Positions 61,142 through 64,000 of a DNA stretch of 64,000 nt are shown one piece after another (the stretch's first letter is position 1; each line of letters opens with the position of its first letter). The notes beneath the pieces were generated by a model. That model did not search any database and was not told the DNA's origin. It saw nothing but the letters and a program-made list of their open reading frames with translations. Made by a program: the position numbers and the translations under genes. Source of the DNA: an uncultured Acidobacteriota bacterium (GTDB lineage: Bacteria > Acidobacteriota > Thermoanaerobaculia > UBA5066 > DATFVB01); contig CAWEYG010000002.1 in NCBI GenBank assembly GCA_963813155.1, forward strand, positions 288,001-352,000, written 5' to 3'.

Positions 61142-63025
61142 CGCCGAGCGGAAGGCTTCTTTGAGACGAGGGCGGCGAGCGTCGCCTCCGCCTTTTCGTG
61201 GAGATCGGGGGGAGCGCCGTAGAAAGCTCCCGCGGCGCTCCCCTCCCGATCGAAGAGAAAGAGCGTCGGCACGGCGCTCACGTCGCCGAACAGGCCGACC
61301 CGTTCCGGCGTGCCCATCGCAAACGTCAGCGGAACCTTCATCCCGCGCGCGACCTTGCGTACGTCGGCTTCCTCCGATTGGACGGCGAGGGCGAGCACGG
61401 CGATTCGATCGCCGTATTTCTTCTTCAACTCGCCGAGCCAGCCGAGCGTGCTGCGGCAGGGCGGGCACCACGTCGCCCACATCTCGACGATCACCGCGCG
61501 GCCCGCGAGATCTCTTCGCGAAAGGCTGCGTCCCTCCAGATCCGTCCACGATACCGAGGGCAGGCTCGCGGCGGTCTGCATTTTTCCCGGCGCCGCCTCC
61601 GCGCGCGCCGCGTCTTTCTTTCCCACCAGAATCAGGTCGATCATTCGCGAAAGGTCCGCGCGAAAGCGCTCGTGGCTCTCGGCGCTCTTGAACGGAATGT
61701 ATTTGCCGCTCGCCTTCGGATCCATGTTGAAGAAATCCTTCGGCGTGGCCACGAGCACGTCGTCGACGAAGATCACCGGATAGAACGTCACGCCGAAACG
61801 CTTCGCGAGCTCCGACGCGCCGTAGTTTTCCGAAACGAACCGCGCTCTTCCCCGGTAGTCGTGAACGACGCTCTCGGCCAGCAAACTTGCCGGATCGGAG
61901 AGATTTCAGGTGTAGGGCCAGCGAACCAGGGTGACGGTGACCTCGGGCGCGGGCCTCGGCGCAGCGGGCGAAGCGGGTTCGAGGGCGGCGAAGTACCGGG
62001 GAAGGACGTCCCCCGCGATCGCCGCCGCGGCCGGCGCGTCCGCTCCGGGGGCCGCTCCCGCGACCTCGGCCTGCGCGGATTCCAGAAACAAGCGCCCGAG
62101 GGAATCGTCGACCCGTCCCGCGGCGAGACGCGCGTCGAGCTCCCGAAGGCGCGCCGAGAGAACCTCTCGGCCGACGGCCGTTCCGGCTCCGCGCAACAGA
62201 GAGAAACGCTGCGCGGCCTGGAGATAGCGAAGCAGCGCTCCGTACCGCAGTCCGGCCGCGTCGAGCTCGCGCGCCTCCTTCAGCGTCGAGCTGGCGGCGA
62301 TGAACTCGGCGTGCCGGTCGATCGAGGCCGGAGGCCGATAAGCCTCCAGCATCTCGCCCTCCAGGGAATCCAGCTCGGGCCCGAGGCCGCGCACGGAAGG
62401 CGGGTCCGGCCGGACGGCCGGTGAAAGCGTCCGGCTGAACATCACGAACTCCCTCTGCGCCTCCGCGAGGCCGAGATAGAAGAGACCCTGCGAAGGCATC
62501 GTGTTGCGCCCGTATTCGAGGCTGCTGTCGTAGTAAACCCGGACCTGGGAGAGCGCCGCTTCGCCGAGCGCGCGGGCCGCCGCGGGGGCGACCGCGTTCA
62601 GCGCGTCGGAATCGGGCTTCCCGAGAGAGTCGCGCAGGACACCGCCCATGCGCGTCCATTCTGCTTCGAGACCGCGAACATCCTTGACCTCATGCCGCCG
62701 GGGGGCTCTCGACGTAGGTCGCCGCCGCGAGGTAGGCCCTTGCCGAAGCGAGCCGCTGCAGCGCCAGCAAGCGCCGGCCATCGCGCAGCGCCTGCTCCGC
62801 TCCCGCGATCAAGGGCTCGCTCGCGCCCTTGATCTGGATCCACGTCTCGTCCTTCGACGTGTTTTCCCGCAGCAATTTCGACCAGCGCGAGACTTCCCGC
62901 GCGACGGGATCCGCCGGCTCCACGACGCCCGTCGCGGCCATCGACGCGAGCACGATTGCGCCCAGAGCGCCTACGACCGATGCGGCGAACGGGACACCAT
63001 GCAACCGCCGCTTCGCGAATCTCAC
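61138..63025 (-). CDS. Candidate exported selenoprotein: helical domain, thioredoxin-fold domain (UxxS), TlpA-like domain (WCPPC); one frameshift near 62700
   Basis: ORF 61906..62781 ends RWPYT-TGA and continues in frame (NLSDPAS) into ORF 61138..61884; a SECIS-like hairpin follows the TGA; signal peptide in ORF 62690..63025. Confidence 0.72.
61871..61905 (-). promoter_or_regulatory. Putative bacterial SECIS element
   Basis: UGA-AAU-CUCUC-CGAU-CCGGCA-AGUU-UGCUGG-CC-GAGAG; the apical loop begins after 18 nt from the UGA and has G then U. Confidence 0.65.
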
Positions 63026-63056
63026 GGAATCAGCGTGACACAGGAGTCCGCGATTC

Positions 63057-63075
63057 CGCTGTCAAGATCCTGCGC
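63057..63075 (-). promoter_or_regulatory. Shared 19-bp promoter motif
   Basis: GCGCAGGATCTTGACAGCG, 19 nt, CACGCT, 6 nt, GTG start at 63025. Confidence 0.65.
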
Positions 63076-63078
63076 CTC

Positions 63079-63375
63079 CTACCCCCCCGCGATCGCCCCG
63101 ACGATCAGGAACGGCTCGGTCCCCGCCGCGACGGCGTCGGGCAGCGGGGCATCCGGCGAGTCGTGGGACAGGTCCTCGCCGCACGCGAAGAACCGCACGA
63201 AAGGCCGGCGTTTCTCCGTCACGTGATCGCGGATCGTGCCGCGCAGCATCGGGTAGCCGGATTCGAGCGCCGCGAGGACGGATCTCTGGGTCGCGGGGCC
63301 TTCGACCCGAAGCTCCAGTTCTCCGCCGACGCGCGCCAGCTCCCTCAGGTGAGGCGGGATCACGACTCGAATCAT
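63079..63375 (-). CDS. MoaD/ThiS ubiquitin-like protein
   Basis: [14 protein letters not shown]...RRPFVRFF...IVGAIAGG with C-terminal Gly-Gly. Confidence 0.9.
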   Translation of the reverse strand: MIRVVIPPHLRELARVGGELELRVEGPATQRSVLAALESGYPMLRGTIRDHVTEKRRPFVRFFACGEDLSHDSPDAPLPDAVAAGTEPFLIVGAIAGG

Positions 63376-64000
63376 CGAAGTGTCTGAACCTCCACGGACA
63401 GCACCGCCGGAAGGTCCCGGACGATCGGTCCCCAGCTGTCTCCCCCGTCGCGGGAAGCGTAGACCTGCCCTCCGGTAGTCCCGAAGTAGACTCCGCAGGA
63501 ATCGAGAGAGTCGACGGCCATCGCATCGCGCAGCACGTTGACGTAGCAGTCCTTTTGCGGCAGGCCCTTCGTGAGAGCCTCCCATTCGTTGCCGCCCGAA
63601 CGGCTCCGATAGACGCGGAGCTTTCCCTCGGGGGGGAAATGCTCTCCGTCGCTCTTGATGGGGACGACGTACACCGTTTCGGGCTCGTGCGCGTGAACGT
63701 CGACGACGAACCCGAAGTCGGTCGGCAGGTTTCCGCTCACTTCTGTCCAGGAATCTCCCGCGTCGTCGCTCCGAAGGACGTCCCAGTGCTTCTGCATGAA
63801 CAGGACGTTCGGCCGGGAGCGGTGCTGGGCGATCCGGTGCACGCAGTGGCCGACCTCGGCGTTCGGATCGGGGATGTACTGCGAGTGGAGCCCCTTGTTG
63901 ATCGGCTTCCACGTCTTCCCGGCGTCGTCGCTCCGGAACGCGCCCGCGGCCGAGATCGCGACGAAGATCCGGTTCGGATCGGCCGGATCGAGGAGGACCG
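63372..64000 (-). CDS. BNR/Asp-box beta-propeller (sialidase-like) protein, 3' part
   Basis: [25 protein letters not shown] repeats; ATGA overlap with the MoaD-like gene. Confidence 0.88.
   Translation of the reverse strand, partial: VLLDPADPNRIFVAISAAGAFRSDDAGKTWKPINKGLHSQYIPDPNAEVGHCVHRIAQHRSRPNVLFMQKHWDVLRSDDAGDSWTEVSGNLPTDFGFVVDVHAHEPETVYVVPIKSDGEHFPPEGKLRVYRSRSGGNEWEALTKGLPQKDCYVNVLRDAMAVDSLDSCGVYFGTTGGQVYASRDGGDSWGPIVRDLPAVLSVEVQTLR

Noticed and set aside
62690-62705. TGA at 62690-62692 as a second Sec codon
   Set aside because: The continuation is in another frame beside a C6 run, so an indel is the simpler explanation.
335-63025. Frameshifts in YfhO-like gene, pilin 2, two M20 peptidases, OST, kinase, formyltransferase, VPS10 protein, MerR and the selenoprotein, read as pseudogenes or programmed frameshifts
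   Set aside because: They are scattered single-base indels across unrelated genes with intact motifs and no nonsense decay, which is typical of long-read error. Raw reads are needed to confirm.
1-64000. CRISPR arrays, rRNA/tRNA (including tRNA-Sec), transposases, integrases, prophage
   Set aside because: None recognised by eye; small RNAs could be missed without covariance searches.

Overview
High-GC bacterial window; gene content resembles Acidobacteriota/Thermoanaerobaculia, which is an inference. At least ten otherwise intact genes are split by single-base frameshifts, most likely long-read errors. 1-26.5 kb is a pilin and surface-glycosylation island: prepilin peptidase, two tandem GspG-like pilins each with a sigma54 promoter, three YfhO-like and two other GT-C membrane glycosyltransferases, polyprenol-phosphate GT2s, an AglB/STT3-like oligosaccharyltransferase, and arnC/split arnA/arnD interrupted by a Ser/Thr kinase and a RelE-type toxin-antitoxin patch. 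26.5-42 kb is mixed: M20 peptidase, PAS-PAS-NTF2 fusion, PLP decarboxylase, VPS10/BNR protein, Tat hemerythrin and a MerR operon. 42-58 kb holds an AraC regulator, exported peptidases and beta-propellers sharing a 19-bp promoter motif, and a sigma54-driven TonB-like receptor. 58-64 kb holds an OmpR-type two-component system, a MoaD-like/BNR pair and a candidate exported selenoprotein (in-frame UGA in a thioredoxin-fold UxxS site, SECIS-like hairpin, fused TlpA domain). The best leads are the selenoprotein and a possible archaeal-style N-glycosylation system acting on a pilin with five N-X-S/T sequons.
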